A stretch of DNA of 25,526 nucleotides from Thermodesulfovibrionales bacterium (GCA_044450345.1 JBIOIY010000045.1:1-25526); one strand, 5' to 3'. Shown: positions 1-8,126, counted from the stretch's first letter. Translations and numbers: made by a program. Notes: a model not told the origin generated them from the sequence alone.

Positions 1-303
1 CCCTGCGTGTCACCCCTGTTACCCCGGGAGCCCATCTATCGGTTACGGTAGTTATTGTCAAGATAGATGCTGCGGTCTTCCCCCTTGTCGGACGGGGTCG
101 ACAACTCCATTTTGCGTTTCGAGGCTACATCCGGGTTCGCGATCGCTGCGACCCGCAGGCTCGCTCAGTTCCCTTTCGGAACCTTTGTCAAGAAACTTAG
201 TGTTTCAGGTTACCCTTTACACCTCCTTCAAGCTACGTGGGTGAGCTACCGAACTCCCACGGCTGGACTTTAACCAGCAAGTCATACGTTTTACACGGCA
301 TAC
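1..303 (-). mobile_element. Group II intron, 5' portion (domain I), running off the left edge of the window
   Basis: Minus strand begins GTATGCCGTG...GCTGGTTAAAGTCCAGCC, resembling bacterial group II intron 5' ends (GUGYG-like). A CCCC/GGGG stem-loop at 81-97 displays CCGACAA (85-91), the exact complement of the last 7 nt of the 5' exon TTGTCGG (304-310), i.e. EBS1-IBS1. No RT ORF or domain V lies inside the window. Confidence 0.85.
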
Positions 304-529
304 CCGACAAAGTCTCACTTTCAGGAAACCGAAACTCTATCAAAGTTACAACCGGAATAAAACACCCTGCGAAAAACCTGAGGACGACAGTTTCAGCCAC
401 AACTATTGTTTTCCGTCACAAGCCCGCGGCTCCCGATTACGCGATGAAACATATAAATCTGGAAATATCGCTCGGATGGAAGATTTACGGAAGCACATTA
501 TTTCAATAGGCTTATAATGGCTTTTGTTG

Positions 530-559
530 TTGACACGGTCGCTGTTCTGCTTTTATACT
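530..559 (+). promoter_or_regulatory. Sigma70-type promoter for the leader/HMA2/porin unit
   Basis: TTGACA (530-535), 18-nt spacer, TATACT (554-559). Confidence 0.7.
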
Positions 560-608
560 TTAATGTCTTTAAACAAATCATTACTGCAGTCAAAAGGAGA
601 TGAAGCTA

Positions 609-707
609 ATGGACAGTGGCCCGAGTAGTCATAGTAGTAACGGCAATAGACTGATGGGGCGGATACCGGCGTGTTCATTGCTCACCTTGATCGTGAATCT
701 CTCCTAA
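609..707 (+). CDS. Putative leader peptide 1 (32 aa, MDSGPSSHSSNGNRLMGRIPACSLLTLIVNLS)
   Basis: AAGGAG at 594-599 before ATG 609. Homologous in the same reading frame to the ORF at 1209-1313. Too short for the ORF track. Confidence 0.6.
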   Translation: MDSGPSSHSSNGNRLMGRIPACSLLTLIVNLS

Positions 708-824
708 CACATCCTCTATCCTGACACGCTTTCTATCCTGACCCCCTCTGTAGGGAGGGTGCCCATCTGGTTTATTGCCGGCTTGTTATCAATTATTGGC
801 AACAAAACACAGGAGGTACGTGTC

Positions 825-1166
825 ATGTTCTACGTTCACAATGTGCCCGGAAGGGTAAGAATCATTAGTGAGGTTATCAAGAAAAACCCGCGGGCGGCCG
901 ACGAAGTGCGGAAGTGGCTGAGCACGCTTTCAGGCATTGGCACCGCTGATATTAATCTCACTACGGGCAGTATACTCGTTCATTACAATACCAAGACGGT
1001 CAATGCCTCAGATATTGTGAATCTCCTTGAGAGGAAGGGATATTTCGACCCGACCAAGGCTATTTCAAACGATGAGTATTTGAAGAATGGCCTTTCGAAG
1101 GCCGGGGCAATAGTGCTAAAATCCATAGTTGAACCCTTTATCGGAAGCGCCATCGGCCTGCTTTAA
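825..1166 (+). CDS. HMA2 (heavy-metal-associated 2) domain protein
   Basis: YVHNVPGRVRI...GI..ADINLTTGSILVHY pattern of the HMA2 family. AGGAGG at 811-816 favours ATG 825 over GTG 759. Confidence 0.8.
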   Translation: MFYVHNVPGRVRIISEVIKKNPRAADEVRKWLSTLSGIGTADINLTTGSILVHYNTKTVNASDIVNLLERKGYFDPTKAISNDEYLKNGLSKAGAIVLKSIVEPFIGSAIGLL

Positions 1167-1208
1167 ATAACAGCTAATTTTATACCCAGACGAAGGAGGT
1201 GATGGTCT

Positions 1209-1313
1209 GTGGACGATGGCCCTGCTAATAGTAGCAATAACAGAATAGTAAACATATGCTTGCTGGAAAGAGGGGCTTGTTCATTGCGCACCACTACTCT
1301 TCATCTCCCCTGA
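1209..1313 (+). CDS. Putative leader peptide 2 (34 aa, MDDGPANSSNNRIVNICLLERGACSLRTTTLHLP)
   Basis: Strong SD AAGGAGGTGA at 1193-1202, GTG start at 1209, TGA at 1311-1313. Shares MDxGP, the S/N-rich tract and ACSLxT with 609-707. Confidence 0.6.
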   Translation: MDDGPANSSNNRIVNICLLERGACSLRTTTLHLP

Positions 1314-1345
1314 CGCGCGATTTCCTCTTTTTCCGATGCTATAAG

Positions 1346-1428
1346 TCCTTCACTCCAGCAAGCGCAACTACTCCGGGAATATGCCTGGAGCGTGTGACTT
1401 GAAACAAAAACGCTGGACGTGAAGGAGG
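1346..1428 (+). promoter_or_regulatory. Anti-SD / SD-sequestering structure in the porin leader
   Basis: TCCTTCACTCCAGC (1346-1359) pairs with GCTGGA(C)GTGAAGGA (1412-1426), 14 bp with one bulge, overlapping the porin SD. Inner hairpin CTCCGGG/CCTGGAG at 1371-1390. Confidence 0.55.
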
Positions 1429-1434
1429 TCAAAC

Positions 1435-2862
1435 ATGCTGAAAACACAAGAAGTGACAAAGAGAATAAAATATTGTCTGGCATTTTTTTGCTTGATTCTT
1501 TTGTTCAATATCTCGCAAGCAGCTTATGCTGACCCTGGCGTTGCTCAGCCGCCGGCGAAAGAGTCACAAGGGCAGCAGCCGGAACAGACGAAAGAGGATC
1601 AGCCATCATGGATACCTAAATTGCTGGGACTGCAGTTCAATGGCGTATACCAAAACGTTCCCGGCTTTCACAGCCCATATGCCGGAGATCACAGTTTCAG
1701 GACCGACGAGGGCTTCGGACATAACATCACCCATATCTATGGAATATATCTGGGCTCTCAATTAGCACCTACACTGCAGGTCTATCTCGATATCGAAATG
1801 GCAAAAGGCTCAGGAGTGAGCAAGGGGCAGGGCCTTGGCGGGTATGTTAATGGAGATGTAATCAGAGTGGGATCGGTAGACCTCGGAACCGGCCCCTATA
1901 TAGCGCGAGCATATCTGCGCTATTACTATCCACTGTCCGCTGAAACCGAAAAGGCGGAACGGGCAATGGACCAGCTCCCTGGAAACGAGCCTATCAAACG
2001 CATCGATATAAAAGCCGGTAAAATGTCGCCAAGTGATGATTTCGATCTAAACCGGTATGCTAACAACACGCGTAACCAGTTCCTCAACTATGCGTTTATT
2101 TACAATCCGGCCTGGGATGAAGCAAGCGATACCCGGGGCTATAGCTATGGGGTTGTCACAGCTCTTGTTCAGCCGAAATGGAGATTGGCCTTCGGCCTTT
2201 ATATGATGCCGACCTTCGCCAACGGCGCCACATTCGATACACGGATGTTCCAGGCCCAGGGAAGCAATCTTGAGCTTACTGTCAAACCTAATGACTCGGG
2301 AACGGTGATACGCTTGCTGACTTATGTGAACCGGGCACGCATGGGTAATTATGATGAGGCATTAGCGATAGGACTTGATAGTTCTTCGACACCCGATGTC
2401 AGAGCCGATGAGAAGCCCGGACGCACCAAATATGGTTTTGGTCTGAACTTTGAACAACCATTAGCGGACGATGGAGAAACCGGCATTTTTGCCCGATTAG
2501 GATGGAATGACGGGCATAATGAGAACTTTTGCTACACCGAAGTTGACCAGCATCTGAGCCTTGGCACCCAGGTGAGCGGCATACATTGGGGGCGCCGTGA
2601 AGATCGTGTAGGAATAGCTTATGCAGTGCAGGGCATATCAACTCTACATAAAAACTACCTGGCGGCCGGAGGTCTCGGAATGTTAATAGGTGACGGCAGA
2701 CTGAGTTATGGGCTTGAACAGGTATTTGAAGCTTATTATCGCGTCCAGATCGGCAAATATGCTCAGGTTTCCCCGGATTTTCAGTACATCCAAAACCCCG
2801 GGTATAACCAGGACCGTGGACCTGCAAAAGTATACGGCATGCGTTTGCGCCTGAGCTACTGA
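1435..2862 (+). CDS. OprB-family porin, MnoP-like (divalent-metal outer-membrane channel)
   Basis: Signal peptide; motifs YIARAYLR, FDLNRYANNTRNQFLN, WDEASDTRGYSYG, NPGYNQDRGP; C-terminal aromatic residue (RLSY); metal-transport neighbours. Confidence 0.8.
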   Translation: MLKTQEVTKRIKYCLAFFCLILLFNISQAAYADPGVAQPPAKESQGQQPEQTKEDQPSWIPKLLGLQFNGVYQNVPGFHSPYAGDHSFRTDEGFGHNITHIYGIYLGSQLAPTLQVYLDIEMAKGSGVSKGQGLGGYVNGDVIRVGSVDLGTGPYIARAYLRYYYPLSAETEKAERAMDQLPGNEPIKRIDIKAGKMSPSDDFDLNRYANNTRNQFLNYAFIYNPAWDEASDTRGYSYGVVTALVQPKWRLAFGLYMMPTFANGATFDTRMFQAQGSNLELTVKPNDSGTVIRLLTYVNRARMGNYDEALAIGLDSSSTPDVRADEKPGRTKYGFGLNFEQPLADDGETGIFARLGWNDGHNENFCYTEVDQHLSLGTQVSGIHWGRREDRVGIAYAVQGISTLHKNYLAAGGLGMLIGDGRLSYGLEQVFEAYYRVQIGKYAQVSPDFQYIQNPGYNQDRGPAKVYGMRLRLSY

Positions 2863-2881
2863 TGACAAGGGAGGACATGCA

Positions 2882-3034
2882 ATGAATATTTTCACACAGT
2901 TGTATTACAGCTATAGAAGGATCATCAAGGCAATTCAGCTTTTTCTTATTATCTCGGGTCCGGGCATCATCGTCATGATTGCCGACAACGATGCCGGTAG
3001 CATTACGAGAGGTCAACGCATCATTTTGGATTGA
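2882..3034 (+). pseudogene. N-terminal remnant of an NRAMP-related (SLC11; NRMT-like) divalent cation transporter
   Basis: Translates MNIFTQ...FLIISGPGIIVMIADNDAGSIT then RGQRIILD*. GPGxIxMxxDNDAG is the TM1 motif of the NRAMP-related clade. Only 50 codons; good SD (GGGAGG) upstream. Confidence 0.8.
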
Positions 3035-3629
3035 TCCTTACGCCGTCAAGATAGACCTCAAAATCGCGCAGCCCCCAGTAAAATGAACCTGCGTTTCTGT
3101 TGAACCGACCGGCGAAATATATGGGGATAAACTGAAGAACGCTCACCTTTCCTTCAGAAAGAGTCACATCGACTTCCTTCTGTAGAGCCTCTTCAGTTAT
3201 ACCAACATAGATTTTATAGGTGCCAGGCTTCAGCATGATGCGCTTCTCAAGAATATATTTCACGCCTTCGCCCCCTTCAGGATTTCTTTTCTCCTCTATA
3301 GTTTTCTGTTGAATATCCGGCATTCCCTTTGCCAGCCAAGTTACGCCTTGCCCTCCGATGTTAAAGACAAAAGGATATTCGGGTTTACCGTGAAGAGCGG
3401 ACCTAAATTCCAGGGGATAGAAGCCTTTTTTAGGCGTTTTCATCGTGGCTTGGATGGTCAATACACTAAATCCAGACGTAGGCATTCCATCCGTCAGCTC
3501 TTGAAAAACAGCCTCCTGTTCTATAGATTTTTCCCGGATCCGTTCGGTGACGGCGGTATTTGTTGCGCACCCTGCAAGTGCAATGGCAAGGAGCGCCGTA
3601 TAAATAATTGTGGTCTCAAGTATTCTCAT
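3021..3629 (-). CDS. Lipoprotein of unknown function
   Basis: MRILETTIIYTALLAIALAG-C lipobox; GGAG SD before ATG 3629; last gene of the minus-strand metal ABC operon. Confidence 0.8.
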   Translation of the reverse strand: MRILETTIIYTALLAIALAGCATNTAVTERIREKSIEQEAVFQELTDGMPTSGFSVLTIQATMKTPKKGFYPLEFRSALHGKPEYPFVFNIGGQGVTWLAKGMPDIQQKTIEEKRNPEGGEGVKYILEKRIMLKPGTYKIYVGITEEALQKEVDVTLSEGKVSVLQFIPIYFAGRFNRNAGSFYWGLRDFEVYLDGVRINPK

Positions 3630-3663
3630 GAAAATACTCCTTTGGTAAAGCTTGTTTTTCATC

Positions 3664-4542
3664 CTAAGGTCGTAAGCCCTTGGGGAGAATCTTGGCGACA
3701 ATCCACGCTATTGCGTAAAGCACGCCGAGAAGGACGACATCTGTGGGGCCGACGGGAAAGTCATATTGATAAGCGATCCAGAAACCCAAGAACGCAACCA
3801 CACCGCCGACCAGTGAGGCCAACATCATGAACTGGCGCATATTGTGTGCGAAGAGGTGCGCCATCAGCGCAGGGATCAGCAAAAATCCGAACGCAATCAG
3901 TGGACCGACGCTCAGCACCGCCATCGAGACGGTCAGGCCGATCAGTAAATAGAGGAGAATGTCCCAAAAAACGACTTTTTTGCGCAGTATCATCGCCATC
4001 TCGCGGTCGAACGAGACCAGGAGCAACTCCTTATGAAACAGTGCAAGCGTTGCGAGAACGATCGTGAGCGTGGCCGCCGTCAGCACGAGATCGAAATTGG
4101 AGATGGTGATGACCTCTCCTTTCAGCATATCGAGCCAACCGATCTCGCCGTAGGGGTTTTTTGAAAGCAGCAGGATGCTCAGCGCGGCTGCCACGACATA
4201 CGCAGTGCCGAGCCGGCCTTCGGGTTGTCCGTGCCCTCGTCGTTCCAGGAACGCCAGCACCAGGATCGCGGTCAGCGAGAATGTGATCGATCCGCCAAAG
4301 GCGAGCGCATGCGCGCTGTGTGCGCCGTGACCAGCCAGATTGAATCCGAGCCACATGGGAAGCGACAGTGCGACAGCGACGCCCGTCGAGGAAATTTGGG
4401 GCAGCGCCACACCCATGAACACCAGCCGGCGCATTACGAGAAACACGCCGACGAGCGGGCAAGCAAAGCCTATGAGCACGCTTGTGTAAATCGAGTTGCG
4501 CAAAAGAAAATCCGGCGAAAGAATCTGATAAAGCGATTCCAT
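3664..4542 (-). CDS. Metal (Zn/Mn-type) ABC transporter permease, ZnuB/MntB family
   Basis: Hydrophobic ABC-3 pattern (GVFLVMRRLVFMGVALPQ, KELLLVSFDREMA, VGPLIAFGFLLIPA). Start set at MESL (4542). Confidence 0.9.
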   Translation of the reverse strand: MESLYQILSPDFLLRNSIYTSVLIGFACPLVGVFLVMRRLVFMGVALPQISSTGVAVALSLPMWLGFNLAGHGAHSAHALAFGGSITFSLTAILVLAFLERRGHGQPEGRLGTAYVVAAALSILLLSKNPYGEIGWLDMLKGEVITISNFDLVLTAATLTIVLATLALFHKELLLVSFDREMAMILRKKVVFWDILLYLLIGLTVSMAVLSVGPLIAFGFLLIPALMAHLFAHNMRQFMMLASLVGGVVAFLGFWIAYQYDFPVGPTDVVLLGVLYAIAWIVAKILPKGLRP

Positions 4543-4543
4543 G

Positions 4544-5257
4544 TCAGTCGATCCCCCTTTCAAACATTTCAGCCATGCGTTTGGGTGTGAGCAGTTCCTG
4601 CGCTGAACCGTGGAGGACCTTTCCTTCATGAAGCCAGATAACTTGTTCAGCGTGCCGACGCACCTCCGCAAAGTCGTGTGTGACGAGCAGGACCGTTATC
4701 TTCCTTTCCTTGCGGATCTGCGAAATGAACTCCATCACTGCATGAGTCGCATCACGGTCCACACCCGCAGTGGGTTCATCAAGCACCAGGATGTCGGGCC
4801 TCGTTGTCAGTGCGCGGGCAATAAGCACGCGTTGTTTCTGGCCGCCTGAGAGTTCGGCAAACCGCTTGCGGGCAAAATCCTCAGCTCCGGCCGCACTCAG
4901 GCATTCGTGCGTGAAGGCACGTTCGACAGGGGGGACAAGACGCCCCGCACGCACGCGTCCGTACACACCCATCAGGGCAACCTCAAACGCTGTCAGCAGA
5001 TAGATCGGATCGAACTGGATGTATTGGGGCACGTACCCAAATACGAGGGGCGCACCCGCCGATGCGGTATCGATACGTCCCCCCACAGGTGGAAGCAGTC
5101 CAAGCATTGTCTTAAGCAGGGTCGATTTGCCCGATCCGTTTGCGCCGAGAACAGCTGTAAAACTGGCGCGGGCAATAGAGACGGAAATGCCGGATAGAAC
5201 AGCCTGGCCGTTGTAGCCGATACTCAGGTTGTCAAGTGTGATGAGTGTTTCATCCAT
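4544..5257 (-). CDS. Metal ABC transporter ATP-binding protein, ZnuC family
   Basis: Walker A GANGSGKST, LSGGQKQR signature, LVLDEPT Walker B, VTHD. Confidence 0.92.
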   Translation of the reverse strand: MDETLITLDNLSIGYNGQAVLSGISVSIARASFTAVLGANGSGKSTLLKTMLGLLPPVGGRIDTASAGAPLVFGYVPQYIQFDPIYLLTAFEVALMGVYGRVRAGRLVPPVERAFTHECLSAAGAEDFARKRFAELSGGQKQRVLIARALTTRPDILVLDEPTAGVDRDATHAVMEFISQIRKERKITVLLVTHDFAEVRRHAEQVIWLHEGKVLHGSAQELLTPKRMAEMFERGID

Positions 5258-5270
5258 AGTCTGTTGTGTG

Positions 5271-5297
5271 TGTCCGCCCGGAAAATCCGGGCGGACA
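5271..5297. other. Intercistronic hairpin between the binding-protein and ATPase genes (probable mRNA stabiliser/attenuator)
   Basis: Perfect 12-bp inverted repeat TGTCCGCCCGGA-AAA-TCCGGGCGGACA with no U-tract. Confidence 0.6.
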
Positions 5298-5310
5298 TCC
5301 TCTCCTGTTT

Positions 5311-6240
5311 TTATTTTCTGCCTTGTACGGCATTAGCCATCGTGTGAATAATATAGTCCATCATCTTTATGTACGTTTCAGTGTTCGGCACACCGCCAGG
5401 CATGATGGGCAACGTTACCATGGTCGCGCCGGTTTGCTCGGCAATGCGTTTCGGCACCTTTTCAGGAAACTGCGGTTCGCGCACGACGATTGGCACATGC
5501 TGGGCTTTCATTGAGGCGGCCAGTTCCTCGATGTGACGTGCCGTCGGATCGATGCCAGGCCTTAGTTCAATCGTGCCGAAATAGTCCATGCCGAAGCGCG
5601 TAGCGAAGTATGGCCAATGCTCGTGATAGGATACGAACTTCACCCCCCTGAGCGGTTTGACTTCCTTCTCCCATTCGGCGATCTTGGCGTTGAGCTTTAC
5701 GAGATACGCATCGCGGTTGCGCGTGAATTGCGCCTTGTCCTGCGGGGCGAATTCTACAAGCGCGTTATAGATATTCTCGATCGCAATCTTAGCCGACACC
5801 GGATCAAGCATGTAGTGAGGGTTACCGTAGGGGTGAACATCCCCCGCGGAGTGCTCGGTTGACTTGGGCACATCTCGTGGGATGATGCCCCTGGAGCAAT
5901 CCACATAGCCGGACCTGTTTACCTGGATGCGCGGATTCTTGCTCGCCTCCAGCAACGCCGGAAGGAAGGCGTGTTCACAATCCATACCCACCAGGATCAT
6001 CAGGTCAGTCCGGTTCATCATCGGTACAAAGCTCGGTTTCATAGGCACCCCGTGCGTGTCTTCGACGCCGGTGGCCAGGCTGTGGACCTCGACCAAATCA
6101 CCACCCACAGCCCTGGCAAAGTCAGCTAAGTCAGTGAGTGTCGTGACAACACGGATTTTAGCCGCATGGGCCGGCGCTACGCCCATACAAAATACCCCGA
6201 CCAAGATGATCGAGAACAAACAAAACAGTTTTGATTTCAT
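5311..6240 (-). CDS. Metal ABC transporter substrate-binding protein, ZnuA/TroA family
   Basis: Signal peptide, KIRVVTT, His motifs EDTHG, GDVHPYGNPHYMLDP and YHEHW. AGGAGG SD before ATG 6240. Confidence 0.92.
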   Translation of the reverse strand: MKSKLFCLFSIILVGVFCMGVAPAHAAKIRVVTTLTDLADFARAVGGDLVEVHSLATGVEDTHGVPMKPSFVPMMNRTDLMILVGMDCEHAFLPALLEASKNPRIQVNRSGYVDCSRGIIPRDVPKSTEHSAGDVHPYGNPHYMLDPVSAKIAIENIYNALVEFAPQDKAQFTRNRDAYLVKLNAKIAEWEKEVKPLRGVKFVSYHEHWPYFATRFGMDYFGTIELRPGIDPTARHIEELAASMKAQHVPIVVREPQFPEKVPKRIAEQTGATMVTLPIMPGGVPNTETYIKMMDYIIHTMANAVQGRK

Positions 6241-6263
6241 GTTGATATTCCTCCTTTCCATAT

Positions 6264-7730
6264 TCAGCGCTGCTGCCAGCCATGAGAGTGCGAGCCGATG
6301 ATCCACGCCCATTGCACATAAACGGCATTGTCGGGCCGCAGGCCGGATACGGCATTGTGGTCCGTGTAGGTATATTGAAGCCGCAGTTGGTTCCAGTGGC
6401 TGAGCGCCCACGTGATATAAGGAGAGTACTCGGAAGTCTTGGCTTTGTTGTTCTGGGCATCCTCCACAAAGCCATACAAAAACCCGGTTGACCACTGTCT
6501 ATGGAATTTGTAAGTGAGATACGAGTAAAGGCCTAAGGAGCCTACCTTGCTGCCGAGCAGAGCATTGCCTGAGGAATCAGTTACGTCATAACGGTTGTCA
6601 CTGTAAAGCACTTCAGTGCCCCAGGTGAGGCTCTGGAACTGATTATTACGGAGCGGCTTCCAGCTCAGCGCCAGGTCTGCCCCGACCAGACGACGCTCGC
6701 GTTCGGTAAACGTGTTGTTATTTATATCCGTGGGTAGCGGAGCAACGTTAGGGTCCCACTGACCTTTAGTATGCGGATTCCAGAGGCCTGAAACTCCGGG
6801 TTCGAGTGAGATATCGGGTGTCAGGTCGAAATACGTGGACAAGCGTCCGAAGTAATTCCAGCCGCTTAAATGACGGAACTGGCCGACATCGTTCGGTGGG
6901 TTGTCGCCTCCAAACTGATTGCCGACACCCAGCGTGAGACTGATGTAATGTTCGACCGGCAGCAGCCAATTAACCTGTATCCCGTCAGTCCTTGATTCGC
7001 CGCCGATGTATTGGGCGAGCACCAGCGGACGATTTACGAATGGCAGCTCATGATCGTGGATATAGCCTAATCGACCGAACTCGCCAAAGAACCGACCCGC
7101 CTTCACAGTCAGATTCAAGGGCAGCGACTCTGTCTGGATTGCTGCTTCTTCGATGCTAAAAGTCGCTTCGCCGGTGTGTGCATCGGCTGACGCGTTAGCA
7201 ACCACGTAGGCCTTCGCAAAGGGATCCACCGACGCGGCCGTGTTCAGTTCCACGGACCGTTGGAAAGCGTCGAACCCGCCGGGCCGGCTGCTGCCCGTCT
7301 GCGAAGATCCCTTGCTGCGATAGGAGAAGACCGTTTCACCCACGAGCCCGATGGATGGATTGAACTCACTCGGCAAGACTTTCCTCTGCGCTTCGACCAC
7401 CTGATCCATCTGCTCCTTCAACTCTTGAACCTGCTGCTGCATCTGCCCGGCCTCCACAGGCTCGTTGACAGCAGCGCCCTTTGGCTGGACGGAGGGTTGG
7501 TTGTGTTTGACTTCGGCTTGCAGTTCTTCAATCAGCTTTCGCTGCTCACCAATTGTTTGGTCCTGTTTTCTCAGGGTTTCCTGAAGTCCTCTTATTTCTT
7601 GGATAGTTTGCTCCTGCTTCTTGAGGGCTTCCTCAAGAGTTCTTACTCGATCTTCCAGGGTTTCAGCAAATACGCCTGATGAAAACAATGCCAACATAAA
7701 TAGCGTAATAACCGTGATCACAATTTTCAT
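6264..7730 (-). CDS. Outer-membrane beta-barrel protein associated with Zn/Mn ABC transporters (N-terminal coiled coil, His-containing C-tail)
   Basis: Signal peptide, ~90-aa heptad-rich region, FNPSIG..VDPF..GRFFGEFGRL..HDHELPFV, alternating beta-strand pattern, ends WIIGSHSHGWQQR; GGAGG SD. Confidence 0.75.
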   Translation of the reverse strand: MKIVITVITLFMLALFSSGVFAETLEDRVRTLEEALKKQEQTIQEIRGLQETLRKQDQTIGEQRKLIEELQAEVKHNQPSVQPKGAAVNEPVEAGQMQQQVQELKEQMDQVVEAQRKVLPSEFNPSIGLVGETVFSYRSKGSSQTGSSRPGGFDAFQRSVELNTAASVDPFAKAYVVANASADAHTGEATFSIEEAAIQTESLPLNLTVKAGRFFGEFGRLGYIHDHELPFVNRPLVLAQYIGGESRTDGIQVNWLLPVEHYISLTLGVGNQFGGDNPPNDVGQFRHLSGWNYFGRLSTYFDLTPDISLEPGVSGLWNPHTKGQWDPNVAPLPTDINNNTFTERERRLVGADLALSWKPLRNNQFQSLTWGTEVLYSDNRYDVTDSSGNALLGSKVGSLGLYSYLTYKFHRQWSTGFLYGFVEDAQNNKAKTSEYSPYITWALSHWNQLRLQYTYTDHNAVSGLRPDNAVYVQWAWIIGSHSHGWQQR

Positions 7731-7829
7731 GATGGAACCTCCACTTTCAGTTCTTCAGCCGAAAATACACGCGCAAAATGGCTCGTACACGACGCGTGAA
7801 AATAGAATTGAATTTTGTCTTAGAAGAGG

Positions 7830-8126
7830 TTAAACAGGAGGAGCCCGGCAGGGCAGAAGAGAAACCCGTATGGAATCATATAGCAATGACACCTTAGGTA
7901 TTTCATTACTCGAAACGGGGTGTTGATTTGTGATGGAGAAAAATGCAATGTTTGCAGATGAATAATGATGCCCGGCAGCACAAGCAGGGCAGTCGTGATG
8001 TTCGCTGCCGTCTTCGTGATGGTGAAACGCTGTTGCTAAAGTCGCCGTTACGAAAAGAAGCAAGAAGATAAAAGCCAATCTTCCTGTCTTACCAATATAG
8101 CTATTTCTTCTGTATGGTCTTATCAT
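7830..8126 (-). CDS. DUF2946-like leader protein with a His/CxxC metal site and C-terminal RAPP arrest-type motif
   Basis: Hydrophobic segment, HHHEDGSEHHDCPAC, C-terminus PCRAPPV; first ORF of the metal-uptake operon. Confidence 0.75.
   Translation of the reverse strand: MIRPYRRNSYIGKTGRLAFIFLLLFVTATLATAFHHHEDGSEHHDCPACAAGHHYSSANIAFFSITNQHPVSSNEIPKVSLLYDSIRVSLLPCRAPPV

Noticed and set aside
67..509. Plus-strand ORFs 67-273 and 237-509
   Set aside because: They lie antisense to the intron RNA or in its flank, with no recognisable motifs or SD.
687..700. FNR-like half site TTGAT
   Set aside because: The second half does not match ATCAA, and it lies inside the leader ORF.
759..824. N-terminal extension of the HMA2 ORF from GTG 759
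   Set aside because: A strong SD precedes ATG 825, and family similarity begins there.
594..1430. Known metal riboswitches (M-box/ykoK, yybP-ykoY, NiCo) in the leaders
   Set aside because: I could not find their conserved sequence cores; an Rfam scan is still needed to exclude them formally.
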